This document shows, one piece after another, positions 53,161 through 63,729 of a stretch of 64,000 nucleotides of DNA. The position numbers and the translations under genes were made by a program. Under the pieces are notes generated by a model that saw nothing but the letters and a program-made list of their open reading frames with translations, ran no database searches and was not told the origin of the DNA. This DNA comes from a bacterium. Its GTDB lineage: Bacteria; Zhuqueibacterota; Zhuqueibacteria; Residuimicrobiales; Krinioviventaceae. Position 1 is the stretch's first letter. Each line of letters starts with the position of its first letter. Location: positions 25,159-89,158 of the forward strand of contig CAXXFV010000025.1 in the NCBI GenBank assembly GCA_963674595.2, read 5' to 3'.

Positions 53161-54504
53161 ATGTTTAGACGGTTAATCAATTACTTTAAAACAGGCCCGT
53201 CTTTGGCCCCAATACAAGATAAGCAAAAAATCCGCATACTTTATGAACGTAAGCGTTGGAGCGTTTTTATCACGTTGATCATAGGATTTGGATTTTTTTA
53301 TACGTGCAGATTAAGCTTGTCTGTAGCCAAGAAGCCCATGCTCGATGCCGGAATTTTAGATGCAAAACAAATGGGAGCTATTGGCGCCGTTTTGTTTTAT
53401 GTCTATGCAGTGGGTAAATTTACGAATGGTTTCCTTGCCGACCGGGCAAACATTCGAAAATTCATGTCGATTGCCTTGTTTTGTTCTGCAATTATAAATC
53501 TTTTATTCGGGATGACAACATATTTTGTACTATTCATGATTTTATGGGGTATAAATGGATGGTTTCAATCTATTGGCTCGGCACCCAGTGTTGTTTCGAT
53601 TTGTCAATGGTTTAGTAATAAAGAACGGGGGACCCGATATGGTATTTGGGCGGGCGCACATAATATCGGAGAAGGTTTAACATTCATAGGCACATCCTTT
53701 CTTATAAGTACACTTGGTTGGAGGTGGGGGTTCTGGGGACCAGGAATTGCTTGTATTTTTATTGCCATCGTTATGTTTTTTTTACTTGCTGATCGTCCTG
53801 AAACTTATGGGCTGCCCAATATCGCCGATTACAAACAAGATTATTCTGCCGGTAAACCTTCCCGGGAATCTGTTGGAAAATTACAAATGCTGGTACTAAA
53901 AAGCCCGATAGTTTGGATACTTGGTATGAGTAGTGCATTAATGTATATGTGCCGTTATGCCATTCACAGTTGGGGACCATTTTACCTTCAAGAAGCAAAA
54001 AATTATACGATAGTCGAATCGGGTGTGATAATAGGTGCGAACACAATGGTGGGATTAGTCGGCGCTGTTTTCTCCGGGTTTATTTCAGATCGGTTGTTTC
54101 ATTCAAGAAGAAATGTGCCGACTTTGTTATATGGCCTTTTACTATCCGGTTCACTCATTATGTTGTATCTCATTCCACCGGGGCATCGAATACTTGATAC
54201 GATTGCCATAGGTTGTTTTGAATTTTCCATTGGTGGATTGATCGTGTTTTTAGCAGGGCTCATTGCTGTTGATGTTATGCCTAAAAAAGCAGTCGGCGCT
54301 GTAAAAGGAGTCATTGGCTTGTTTAGCTATATCGGGGCAGCAACACAAGATTGGATTAGTGGCTATATGATTGATGCCGGGAAAACGGTAAGTAACGGCA
54401 AAACCAGCTACAACTTTGATTTGGTGTTCATATTTTGGATTAGTGCATCAATATTGTCATTACTGCTGGCATGTTTTGCATGGAATGTAAAACCACGAGA
54501 ATAA
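53161..54504 (+). CDS. MFS organophosphate:phosphate antiporter (GlpT/UhpT family)
   Basis: FYTCRLSLS, YAVGKFTNGFLADR, NGWFQSIG, WFSNKERG...AHNIG, DRPETYGLP. Confidence 0.9.
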   Translation: MFRRLINYFKTGPSLAPIQDKQKIRILYERKRWSVFITLIIGFGFFYTCRLSLSVAKKPMLDAGILDAKQMGAIGAVLFYVYAVGKFTNGFLADRANIRKFMSIALFCSAIINLLFGMTTYFVLFMILWGINGWFQSIGSAPSVVSICQWFSNKERGTRYGIWAGAHNIGEGLTFIGTSFLISTLGWRWGFWGPGIACIFIAIVMFFLLADRPETYGLPNIADYKQDYSAGKPSRESVGKLQMLVLKSPIVWILGMSSALMYMCRYAIHSWGPFYLQEAKNYTIVESGVIIGANTMVGLVGAVFSGFISDRLFHSRRNVPTLLYGLLLSGSLIMLYLIPPGHRILDTIAIGCFEFSIGGLIVFLAGLIAVDVMPKKAVGAVKGVIGLFSYIGAATQDWISGYMIDAGKTVSNGKTSYNFDLVFIFWISASILSLLLACFAWNVKPRE

Positions 54505-54619
54505 ATGCGGGTATTTTATTTAAAAAAGGAGGTGATACACCCAATTTTGTAATTATTTTTTTACCAAATATTGAGTCAAAATTAAATGACGTCAAAATTT
54601 TCAACAAAAGGAGAAGACC

Positions 54620-56185
54620 ATGAAGATTAAAAATTATTTGGTTTGGTTATCGGTTTTATCAATGATTTTGTTATTCAGTTCATCGATTTATGCACAAGTT
54701 CATGAAGTTCCCAATTTGACTGAAATGGTAGCGTATTTAAATGCAGATACCACTGCAACAGGTGAACCTGCTCATCATGTTTATGGATTGCAGCGTGGTG
54801 GTGTTTATTTTTTCCTGGGTCGATTTGAAAACGATTTTCCTCTCACCCTTAAAGCAATCGGGGATGAATCATTACCCCGTCCTGAAATGAAAATATTAGT
54901 TAATGAAAGTGGAGCTAACAAATATCCGTTCCGACTCTACGATGATTTAACCATGGAAGGTTTATATTGGCACGGAAGAGACGTGGCAGGAGGCGCCATC
55001 AGTGAGGTGTTTAGGACCAGGGCTGAAAATTTGAGAATTGTTCTTAAAGATTGTGTGTTTGACAGTATTTTGACTTCACCGGCACGAATTGATAACAATG
55101 GAAGCAGTTTCTTTGCTTATGACTGTCTTTATCGCAATGGTGGTAAATCCGAGTTTACCGGCCGGTTTTTAGATGGACGTTCAACCTTTATGGATTCAGT
55201 TGTCATCCAAAATTGTACTTTTTTCAATATTGTTCACACTGTCGTTAATAAATTTGGAGGCTGGGAAAAATACTATCTGTTTGATCATAATACCGTCTAT
55301 AATTTAGCACGAACCCCGCTTAAGGTTTATCAATGTCCTAATATCAATATAACAAACAATTTGTTTATTCAAACCGGCTTTGTGGGTTGTGAAAATTTTT
55401 GGGTAGATTTTTATAATAATCCGGATTATAATTATACGGATCGGGACCATTGGACCCGGATTGAATTGCTGCCTTTAGCTGAAGATACACTGGTTGTCGA
55501 TATGGGGTATACACAGCAGATTAATTTTAAAAATAATAACTTTTGGCATGACATAGCGATTGATGAAGCATTGCCTGATACGGTATTCCCATACTATACT
55601 TTAGATTTTGATTTTGCCAAAGCAATGGTAGGGGCTGATACATTAACCTGGATTTCTGAAAACCCCAATTTTACAAAAGCTCCGCAAGTACGTGGAATTG
55701 AGATGGCAATGACTACTCTGGAGGACCTGGAAAATATTATTGTTAATCCGGGATTTGATTTTTCAAATCCACCTTATGTATTTTCATATCCGACAGACGC
55801 AGCCTCATATACGGCAGCCGAGGGAGGTTTTCCGCTGGGTGATTTAAACTGGTTTCCTGACAAAAAAGCCGAATGGGAAACATACGTAACAGGTGTCGAA
55901 AAGTCAAATATATCGGCTCCAGTATCTTTCAGTTTGGAACAAAATTATCCAAATCCATTCAATCCGACAACATCTATCAGCTATTCACTTACTTCTAAAA
56001 GCCACGTGGAATTAAAAGTGTTCAACACATTAGGTGCAGAAGTAGCTACACTTGTAAGCAAAACTGTAGATGCCGGAAACCATCGTGTTAATTTTGACGC
56101 GACACAATTGGCAAGCGGTGTTTACTTTTATCGATTAAAATCCGGTAACCAGCTAATTACACGGAAAATGATGCTGGTAAAATAA
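54620..56185 (+). CDS. secreted beta-helix-like protein with T9SS/FlgD tail
   Basis: LQRGGVY, IQNCTFFN, FDHNTVYN, ITNNLF, GFPLGDLNWFP, NYPNPFNPTT. Confidence 0.8.
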   Translation: MKIKNYLVWLSVLSMILLFSSSIYAQVHEVPNLTEMVAYLNADTTATGEPAHHVYGLQRGGVYFFLGRFENDFPLTLKAIGDESLPRPEMKILVNESGANKYPFRLYDDLTMEGLYWHGRDVAGGAISEVFRTRAENLRIVLKDCVFDSILTSPARIDNNGSSFFAYDCLYRNGGKSEFTGRFLDGRSTFMDSVVIQNCTFFNIVHTVVNKFGGWEKYYLFDHNTVYNLARTPLKVYQCPNINITNNLFIQTGFVGCENFWVDFYNNPDYNYTDRDHWTRIELLPLAEDTLVVDMGYTQQINFKNNNFWHDIAIDEALPDTVFPYYTLDFDFAKAMVGADTLTWISENPNFTKAPQVRGIEMAMTTLEDLENIIVNPGFDFSNPPYVFSYPTDAASYTAAEGGFPLGDLNWFPDKKAEWETYVTGVEKSNISAPVSFSLEQNYPNPFNPTTSISYSLTSKSHVELKVFNTLGAEVATLVSKTVDAGNHRVNFDATQLASGVYFYRLKSGNQLITRKMMLVK

Positions 56186-56232
56186 ACCTCATCTTAATAA
56201 CAGCACATGATCATTTAATTATACTAGTTTGA

Positions 56233-56271
56233 TCGGACGGTGATCCTTTTTCTGTTAGGATCATCGTCCGA
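56233..56271 (+). terminator. stem-loop closing the TBDR operon
   Basis: TCGGACGGTGATCCT / AGGATCATCGTCCGA. Confidence 0.65.
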
Positions 56272-56570
56272 ATAATTCATTATTAAAACTTTCTTTCTTT
56301 CTGTTTAATAATATCGCACTTAATTTTTTCCCCTGCCGACACCTACTTGTGGTTATCACTTGGCCGTCCATCTCTTCCTTTTAATAATTTGATATTTCAA
56401 CTGTCCTGAGACAATTTTTTTAGATATCCGATAAAAATATTCAAAATTTTTTAAGACCTATCTAAATATAAAGAAATGTCTAATTTTTCAAAAAAAATTA
56501 AAAACTTATTTCATCTTTATTAATGCAAGTGTATATTAGTAGAATTGGATCAATATAAATTGTGGTATAT

Positions 56571-56837
56571 ATGAAATTAGATGTTGAAATTGTTACTTTT
56601 ATCGGTTTGTTTGCGGCTGTTTGTACAACGGCTGCTTTTTTACCCCAGGCTTTAAAAACAATTCGAACCAAAAAGACGCGGGACCTTTCTTTAAGAATGT
56701 ATATTCTGCAGGCTATCGGCAATGTGTCCTGGCTTGTTTTTGGACTGTTGACAAACAATATTCCGATAATTTTTGCCGACAGTATTACCTCTGTTCTTGT
56801 CATTACTATTTTAATTTTAAAGTTAAAATATAAATAA
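56571..56837 (+). CDS. SemiSWEET transporter
   Basis: IGLFAAVCTTAAFLPQALKTIRTKKTRDLS PQ-loop, 3 TM. Confidence 0.93.
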   Translation: MKLDVEIVTFIGLFAAVCTTAAFLPQALKTIRTKKTRDLSLRMYILQAIGNVSWLVFGLLTNNIPIIFADSITSVLVITILILKLKYK

Positions 56838-56929
56838 CTACCTGTTTAAAAAATATTAAAACAATTGTGTTTTATTTACGTAATGAGAATTATAAATAGA
56901 ATTCTTCACCCGGTTAACAGGAGGAATGA

Positions 56930-57835
56930 ATGACGGCTGTAAAACTTGAGCATGTAAGCAAATCCTATGGAAATGTGCATGCTGTAAGCGATTTAAGCAT
57001 GGAGATCAATGAAGGACAGGTATTTGGTTTGCTCGGACCAAATGGCGCCGGCAAGACAAGCACCATCCGTATGTTGATGGACATTATCAAACCGGATTCC
57101 GGGTCCATCAGTATCCTTGGACAGCAAAACACAACAACAATCCGGGACCAGGTGGGATACCTGCCCGAAGAACGGGGATTGTATAAAAAAATGCTGGTTA
57201 GGGATGTTATTCTCTTTTTTGCTGAAATTAAAGGCATTTCAAACCGGATAGCTGTTGAAAAGAGCGATCTTTGGCTGAATCGTTTTGAATTGTCGGAGTG
57301 GAAGGATAAAAAAGTTGAAGAACTTTCACGCGGCATGCAGCAAAAATTACAATTTATCTGCACCATTTTACATGATCCCAAATTAATTATTCTGGATGAA
57401 CCTTTTACGGGTTTGGACCCTGTTAATACAAACCTGCTGAAAAACATAATTCTCGAATTAAAAAACAAAGGCACAACCATCATTTTTTCCACACATTTAA
57501 TGGAACAGGTTGAAAAGTTGTGTGAGTCGATTTGTTTGATCAATAAAGGGAAAACTGTTCTTAAGGGTGAACTGGGGCAGATTAAATATAAATTCGGTAA
57601 AAATCGTATTCGAATGCGGTATAACGGAAGCGCCGATTTTATTAACAACAGTTCCCTGGTTTCTTCTTTTGACGATTATGGTCAATATGTGGAAATGAGC
57701 CTTGCTGAAAATATTAAACCTCAACAAATTCTTGAAAAAGCAATTCATGAAGTAACGGTTGAACATTTTGAAATTGCAGAACCTTCATTAAATGAAATAT
57801 TTATCAATATCGTCGGCAAGGGAGGTGAGGCATGA
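56930..57835 (+). CDS. ABC exporter ATP-binding protein (NatA/YhaQ-like)
   Basis: GPNGAGKT, LSRGMQQK, ILDEPF, EPSLNEIFI tail. Confidence 0.93.
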   Translation: MTAVKLEHVSKSYGNVHAVSDLSMEINEGQVFGLLGPNGAGKTSTIRMLMDIIKPDSGSISILGQQNTTTIRDQVGYLPEERGLYKKMLVRDVILFFAEIKGISNRIAVEKSDLWLNRFELSEWKDKKVEELSRGMQQKLQFICTILHDPKLIILDEPFTGLDPVNTNLLKNIILELKNKGTTIIFSTHLMEQVEKLCESICLINKGKTVLKGELGQIKYKFGKNRIRMRYNGSADFINNSSLVSSFDDYGQYVEMSLAENIKPQQILEKAIHEVTVEHFEIAEPSLNEIFINIVGKGGEA

Positions 57836-59109
57836 AAGTTATTTCAATTGTAAAAAGAGAATATATCGCCAGAGTAAAAACAAAGGGTTTTCTTGTGGGA
57901 ACTCTTTTATTACCGGTTATGATGATTGCTTTTTTGTTAATGCCCGGATTTTTTATGTCAAAAAGCAATGATGATATTAAAAAGATTACCATCATTGATC
58001 AAACGAATCGTTTAAAAGAGCCCGTTGAATCGTTTTTTCAGGATATTACTTTTGATGATGGAAAACAAAAGTATGACATTGAAATGCTAAATCCGCAAGG
58101 TGACATTGACGTTATTAAAACTGAACTAAACAACAAGGTGAATAAAGGTGCATTAGATGCTTATCTTTTAATTCCCTCAGATGTTTTTACGAACAACAAG
58201 TTTGAAATGTATTTAAAAAATGTCGCTAACATTGAAATGATAAGTCGCATGGAGCGGAATATCAGCGGCATCATTCGAAATATACGTTTGACAGAATCCG
58301 GGCTGGACCCTGATTTAATCAACAAACTTGGCAAAAGGGTCAATGTTACCACCTTTAAAATTGAAACAGAAGGCAGCAAGGAACAAAGGGCCGAGTTTAC
58401 CTATATTCTTACTATATTTATGGGGCTCATTTTATATATGATGCTGCTTTTATATGGTCAGTTTGTTGTTCGTTCTATTATTGAGGACAAAAATTCCAGA
58501 GTTATTGAAGTTTTAATTTCATCGGTCAGACCCTGGCAATTTATGGCCGGCAAAGTGATTGGAATCGGCGCCACCGGACTCACTCAATTTTTAATATGGG
58601 CCGTTAGTTTTCTTCTTATATCAACCTATGGACTAGTCATGGCCCAGGTTTTTGTTCCTGAGATAACACAACTGCATTTACCCAATGTTTCTGCATTTGT
58701 TTTAACATGTTTTTGTATCTTTTTTATTCTCGGTTACTTTTTATATGCAACAATAGGCGCGGCCATTGGCAGTATGGTTAATACCGACAGCGAGGCACAA
58801 AGCTATCAATGGATTATGATGTTCCCGATCATTATTTCCTTCTTTTTAATGTTTTATATCAACAATCAGCCGGACAGTTTTGTCTCTGTGGTGTTGTCTT
58901 TTATTCCATTCTTTACGCCGCTGCTGATGTTTGCCAGGATTTTAAATGAGGCGGTTCCATTATGGCAGATCGGCTTGAGCATGTTGATACTGATTTTATC
59001 AGTATGGGGAATGCTGTGGATTTGCGGGCGTATTTTTAGAATCGGGATTTTGATGTATGGTAAAAAACCGGACCTGCCCCAGGTTTTAAAGTGGATCAAA
59101 TACCAATAA
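57832..59109 (+). CDS. ABC-2 permease (NatB/YhaP-like)
   Basis: KREY..RVK, IEDKNSRVIEVLISSV, LSFIPFFTP, ILMYGK. Confidence 0.92.
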   Translation: MKVISIVKREYIARVKTKGFLVGTLLLPVMMIAFLLMPGFFMSKSNDDIKKITIIDQTNRLKEPVESFFQDITFDDGKQKYDIEMLNPQGDIDVIKTELNNKVNKGALDAYLLIPSDVFTNNKFEMYLKNVANIEMISRMERNISGIIRNIRLTESGLDPDLINKLGKRVNVTTFKIETEGSKEQRAEFTYILTIFMGLILYMMLLLYGQFVVRSIIEDKNSRVIEVLISSVRPWQFMAGKVIGIGATGLTQFLIWAVSFLLISTYGLVMAQVFVPEITQLHLPNVSAFVLTCFCIFFILGYFLYATIGAAIGSMVNTDSEAQSYQWIMMFPIIISFFLMFYINNQPDSFVSVVLSFIPFFTPLLMFARILNEAVPLWQIGLSMLILILSVWGMLWICGRIFRIGILMYGKKPDLPQVLKWIKYQ

Positions 59110-59131
59110 ATTTTAATTTGTCTTTTAGTTA

Positions 59132-59168
59132 AAAGCCGGGTATATATAAAGTATCCGGCTATTTTTTT
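59132..59168 (+). terminator. intrinsic terminator
   Basis: AGCCGGGTA / TATCCGGCT plus T-run. Confidence 0.7.
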
Positions 59169-59240
59169 GAAAAAAATCGATATATTTTGTAAACCTTTTC
59201 CATTCGAATTACGACTTATATATCAGAAAAGGAGATATGG

Positions 59241-59801
59241 ATGTCGAGTGATGCTGTTTTAATGGAAAAAGTCAGAGAGGGGAGTAAAACCGCATTTCGG
59301 GATTTGGTTTTAAAATATCAAAAGTTGGTGTACGGACTTGCTTATGATTTATGTGGAAATCACCATGAGGCCCAGGATTTGTCTCAGGAGGTTTTTACTG
59401 TTATTTATCAGTCACTGGACTCTTTTCGCCATGAAGCAAAATTCAGCACCTGGATTTATCGGATTACGGTAAATACCTGGTTTAATATAAATCGAAAGCG
59501 AAACAGGAAACTTTTATCTGCTTTGGATTCCATACATGACTTGAAAAACAGCACCAAACTATATGATGAAAACAATTCTCCTGAAAAAACAACCGAACAT
59601 TCAATTTTATATGAACATGTACAAAAAGCTATGACCAAATTATCTCATAAAGAACGCACCGTGTTTGTTCTCAGGCAAATGCATGATTTAAAAATAAATG
59701 AAATAGCCGAAACCATTAATATAAAACCCGGCACAGTTAAGAGTCTTCTTTTTCGTGCGTTAAAAAAATTACAAAAAGAGCTGTATTTTTATAATTGTTA
59801 A
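59241..59801 (+). CDS. ECF sigma factor
   Basis: AQDLSQEVF, KFSTWIYRITVN, GTVKSLLFRA. Confidence 0.93.
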   Translation: MSSDAVLMEKVREGSKTAFRDLVLKYQKLVYGLAYDLCGNHHEAQDLSQEVFTVIYQSLDSFRHEAKFSTWIYRITVNTWFNINRKRNRKLLSALDSIHDLKNSTKLYDENNSPEKTTEHSILYEHVQKAMTKLSHKERTVFVLRQMHDLKINEIAETINIKPGTVKSLLFRALKKLQKELYFYNC

Positions 59802-59812
59802 AAAGGACATTT

Positions 59813-60568
59813 ATGAATATTTGTCAGAAAATACAATCTCTCTTTTTAGATGTTTTGGAAAATCAACTTGATAATGAACAAAAACAAAACGTTCAGAACC
59901 ATCTTGACGAATGCCAAAAATGTTTTCAAGAGTTTGAAGCGTTAAGCCGGACATTCCATTCTACAAAAAATCTAAAAAGGCCGGAGCCCGGAGAGATGTT
60001 TTGGGACAATTATTGGCTTAACCTGCAACCAAAATTAACTTCGCATGGCAGGTTTTCAGGTATTAAAAATTTATTTTCCCAATTTTCTATTGAACAATAT
60101 CTAAGGGCCGGGCTTGTAACAGCCGGTGCTCTTATTGTTATTTTGTGTTTATTTGTTGGCGGCCCTCGTTTCCAGTTATCACAGGTAACACAACCGCCTG
60201 CCCGGCAGATAAAACAAATTCATCAAACAGCACAGACCTTTTTAGAAAAAAGTAAAATATTGTTATTAAGTTTTGCCAACATGGAAAAAATGCCGTCAAC
60301 ATCAACAAATACCTTAAAGCGTCAAAAGGAACTTTCACAGGCATTACTTGAACAATCCGTTCAATTTAAAGAGGATTTGAGTTCCGCTGAATACCAACAA
60401 ATGCAAGATTTAATGAGTGACCTTGAAGTGGTGCTGCTGCAAATAGCCAATTTGGACAGTACCTGTGATGTCGGCAGCATTGAACTGATTCAAAACAGTA
60501 TGCAAAAACGGTCGTTGTTGTTCAAAATTACATTAAAAGAATCAGCTATTTTTGATAAAAAAATCTAG
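59813..60568 (+). CDS. zinc-finger (HxxxCxxC) transmembrane anti-sigma factor
   Basis: HLDECQKC, one TM, directly after the ECF gene. Confidence 0.88.
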   Translation: MNICQKIQSLFLDVLENQLDNEQKQNVQNHLDECQKCFQEFEALSRTFHSTKNLKRPEPGEMFWDNYWLNLQPKLTSHGRFSGIKNLFSQFSIEQYLRAGLVTAGALIVILCLFVGGPRFQLSQVTQPPARQIKQIHQTAQTFLEKSKILLLSFANMEKMPSTSTNTLKRQKELSQALLEQSVQFKEDLSSAEYQQMQDLMSDLEVVLLQIANLDSTCDVGSIELIQNSMQKRSLLFKITLKESAIFDKKI

Positions 60569-60589
60569 TTGCGATTTAGGAGTTATATT

Positions 60590-61870
60590 ATGAAACAAAA
60601 GCTATCCATTTCAGCCATCGTTATGATGATGATTTCGACAAATTTGTTATATTCCCAACCATCCACATCAGTACAACAAAAATATGAACAGGCATATAAT
60701 AAAATACTGGAAGGAAAGTGGGAAGAGGCCCTGGCTGAAATGCAGGATATCGTTAAAAATAATGCAAAAAGTGAGTGGGGTGATGATGCGTTCTTTTGGA
60801 AATGTTATGCCCAGTCAAAAATTACCGATTCGCAGGAACAATCTTTCGCGTGTTTTAAACTCTTTTTAAAAACCTATCCTGATAGTAAATGGTGTAATGA
60901 TGCGGAAATGTATATGCTGCAAATTGCAAACAACCTGGCGAAAACCGGCAAACCGGAATATAAGGCCTTTGTAAAATCGTATCAAAAAGATTCGGATATT
61001 GATTTAAAAATTTCCGCTTTACATGCCTTAATGAATATGGGCAATGAAAAAGCACTGGATGCCATACTGGAGCTTTATGAGAACACCAAAGAACCGGTTA
61101 TTGTTGAAAAATTAATTTTTAGTTTGAGCGAATTTGACAATCCAAAGGCAACTGATAGATTAAATTTGATCGCAACTCAAGACCCCAATCCGCGTTTTCG
61201 AGAAAAAGCTGTTTTTTGGTTATCTGAAAGATCGGATAATAAAGAGACGGCTCAATTCATATATAACATTGCTTTAAGTGATAGTGATCTTAATGTGTGT
61301 GAAAGAGCTTTAATGGGACTGGCTGATATAGACTATGCTGTTGGAATGCCTTTTTTAAAAGAGCTTGCTAAAAACCATAAAGATGCAAAAATTCGTGAAA
61401 AAGCTGTCTTTTGGATTGGTGACAGATCTCAAAATAACCAGGACATTAGATTTTTAATGCACATTGCGCTCAACGATCCGGATTACAAAATCCGTGAACA
61501 AGCTGTTTTTGCACTAGCCGATGCTGATAATGATCAGGGAAAACCTTATTTACAAAAGATTGTTCTTACGCACAAGGATGCGAAAATACGTGAAAAAGCT
61601 GTATTCTGGCTCGGCGATAAGGCTGAAACAAAAGAAGATATTGATTTTCTTTACAAGATTGTAAATACCGACCCTGATACTCGTATTAGAGAAAAAGCCC
61701 TTTTTGCTATTGCAGATGCAGATGATGATATCGGCATTGATGCCTTGATAAATATCGCTAAAAAACACCCGGACTATAATCTGCGAAAAAAAGCCATTTT
61801 CTGGCTTGGGGATTCCGGTAATGAAAAAGCAGAAAACGCTTTGCTGGAAATTATCAAATCGTCAAAATAA
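60590..61870 (+). CDS. exported TPR/HEAT-repeat protein
   Basis: Signal peptide, YPDSKW TPR-like part, repeated IREKAVFWLG units. Confidence 0.88.
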   Translation: MKQKLSISAIVMMMISTNLLYSQPSTSVQQKYEQAYNKILEGKWEEALAEMQDIVKNNAKSEWGDDAFFWKCYAQSKITDSQEQSFACFKLFLKTYPDSKWCNDAEMYMLQIANNLAKTGKPEYKAFVKSYQKDSDIDLKISALHALMNMGNEKALDAILELYENTKEPVIVEKLIFSLSEFDNPKATDRLNLIATQDPNPRFREKAVFWLSERSDNKETAQFIYNIALSDSDLNVCERALMGLADIDYAVGMPFLKELAKNHKDAKIREKAVFWIGDRSQNNQDIRFLMHIALNDPDYKIREQAVFALADADNDQGKPYLQKIVLTHKDAKIREKAVFWLGDKAETKEDIDFLYKIVNTDPDTRIREKALFAIADADDDIGIDALINIAKKHPDYNLRKKAIFWLGDSGNEKAENALLEIIKSSK

Positions 61871-61895
61871 AATTTTATTACATTTACCTGGTTTT

Positions 61896-61924
61896 AAAAG
61901 CCTGACATTGTCAGGCTTTTTTTA
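61896..61924 (+). terminator. intrinsic terminator
   Basis: AAAAGCCTGACA / TGTCAGGCTTTT. Confidence 0.8.
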
Positions 61925-62010
61925 TAAATAGCCCCATGACATTTCTCTTGATTCTTATACTCAGGATTAATATACTTGATAAATTTTAGTTTAGAAATAA
62001 AGGAGAAATC

Positions 62011-62910
62011 ATGCGAGCTTTTGCATATCAAACACCAAAAGGTGAACCGCGTGTCGGCATCCAAATTGATGGAAAAAATTACAATTTTACCTATATGTGG
62101 CAAATTTTTAAAGAATTGAAAAATTCTCCTTCCAGTCCGGATATATATTTTTTGCAGATAATTATTGAAATGGAAAATTTTTCCAAAACCGCTTTTATGG
62201 AAGTGTTTAATACTGTACAAGAGATGCGTGGTGTTCAGGACCTTGTTATTAAAACACCCATTGAATATCAGGTCCCGATTCCCAGACCGGAAAAAATTAT
62301 TTGTTTAGGTCGGAATTATGTGGCACATGCCGAAGAGTGGAATTCCGATGTTCCAACAAAACCTTTGTTTTTCGGTAAACTCCCTTCTTCACTTTTGCCA
62401 AATAATGGTATCATCCGCTTTTCAAAAGGAATAGGACGAGTTGACCACGAACTTGAATTGGCTGTTGTTATCGGCAAAACAGCAAAAAATGTATCGGAAG
62501 AAGATGCTATGGATCATGTAGCCGGTTATACTATTGTTAATGATGTTACGGCCCGTGGTATGCAGCTTGAAGACATAAAAAACGGAAAACCCTGGACTTT
62601 GAGCAAAGGTTTTGATACTTTTTGTCCCATTGGTCCGTTTTTAATTCCGGCTGATGCTGTTAAAGACCCTCATAATTTGAATATGGAATTGACGGTAAAC
62701 GATGTTGTAAAACAAAAAGCCAACACAAAACAACTTGTTTTCAAAATACCGCAGGTAATCGCCTATATCTCTCAGTTTATCACCTTTCAACCCGGCGATA
62801 TTATCTGCACCGGAACACCGGAAGGAACCCTGCCTATTGTGAATGGTGATGTTGTTGAAGCAAAGATCGATGGTTTTGGTGTTTTAAGAAATACGGTTCA
62901 AGAATTTTAA
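62011..62910 (+). CDS. fumarylacetoacetate hydrolase family protein
   Basis: KIICLGRNYVAHA, DHELELAVVIG, NDVTAR, KGFDTFCP, TGTPEG. Confidence 0.93.
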   Translation: MRAFAYQTPKGEPRVGIQIDGKNYNFTYMWQIFKELKNSPSSPDIYFLQIIIEMENFSKTAFMEVFNTVQEMRGVQDLVIKTPIEYQVPIPRPEKIICLGRNYVAHAEEWNSDVPTKPLFFGKLPSSLLPNNGIIRFSKGIGRVDHELELAVVIGKTAKNVSEEDAMDHVAGYTIVNDVTARGMQLEDIKNGKPWTLSKGFDTFCPIGPFLIPADAVKDPHNLNMELTVNDVVKQKANTKQLVFKIPQVIAYISQFITFQPGDIICTGTPEGTLPIVNGDVVEAKIDGFGVLRNTVQEF

Positions 62911-62911
62911 T

Positions 62912-63697
62912 ATGAAAATCGCCTATGTTCAAATGGACTGCAGGTTTGGTGATGTCATCGACAATTGTAATAGAGCTGTTGAACTGATCCGTTCTGTCGA
63001 TGCAGATTTGTTTGTTTTACCTGAATTATTTAACAGCGGCTATTTGTTTATATCAAGCCAGGAAGTGGAGGCCGTTGCTGAACAATTACCAGGCGGTAAC
63101 ACGGAACAGACGCTTACCAGTTTAGCCATTGAGAAAAAGTGTTATATTGTTGCCGGATGTGCGGAGGATGACGCCGGTGCAATTTATAACTCCAGCTTTT
63201 TAACAGGACCTGAGGGTTATATAGGCAAATACCGGAAAATTCATTTGTTTAATGAAGAAAAAAAATGGTTCAAGCCCGGCGACTTGCCCTTTCCTGTATA
63301 TGATATCGGGTCGGGAAAAATTGGTATGATGATCTGTTTTGACTGGATTTTTCCTGAATCCGTGCGCACGTTGGCGTTAAAAGGTGCGGACATTATTTGT
63401 CATTGTACGAATCTTGTTTTGCCCTATTGCCAGAATGCAATGGTTACCCGCTGTTTGGAAAACCGGGTATTTGCTGTGACCGCCAACCGAATCGGATTTG
63501 AGCAAAGGGGGAACAAGTCATTCACCTATACCGGTATGAGTCAGATAACCGGTCCGAATGGTGAGATTATTCATCGTGCACCGGCTGATGTTGAGCAGGT
63601 GCATGTCGTTGAAATTGATCCGACACTTTCACGGGACAAAAATATTACCCCATTCAATGATTTATTTACAGACCGTCGGCCAGACATGTATGCCTGA
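62912..63697 (+). CDS. nitrilase / carbon-nitrogen hydrolase family protein
   Basis: E-K-C triad: LPEL, YRKIHL, ICFDW. Confidence 0.93.
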   Translation: MKIAYVQMDCRFGDVIDNCNRAVELIRSVDADLFVLPELFNSGYLFISSQEVEAVAEQLPGGNTEQTLTSLAIEKKCYIVAGCAEDDAGAIYNSSFLTGPEGYIGKYRKIHLFNEEKKWFKPGDLPFPVYDIGSGKIGMMICFDWIFPESVRTLALKGADIICHCTNLVLPYCQNAMVTRCLENRVFAVTANRIGFEQRGNKSFTYTGMSQITGPNGEIIHRAPADVEQVHVVEIDPTLSRDKNITPFNDLFTDRRPDMYA

Positions 63698-63729
63698 ACT
63701 TTAATAACCAATATTTATAAAGAAAATTT

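Noticed and set aside
344-62220. Many 60-230 aa ORFs overlapping long genes (e.g. 56965..57648, 30511..30894, 12921..13310)
   Set aside because: Shadow frames of well-supported genes with no motifs of their own
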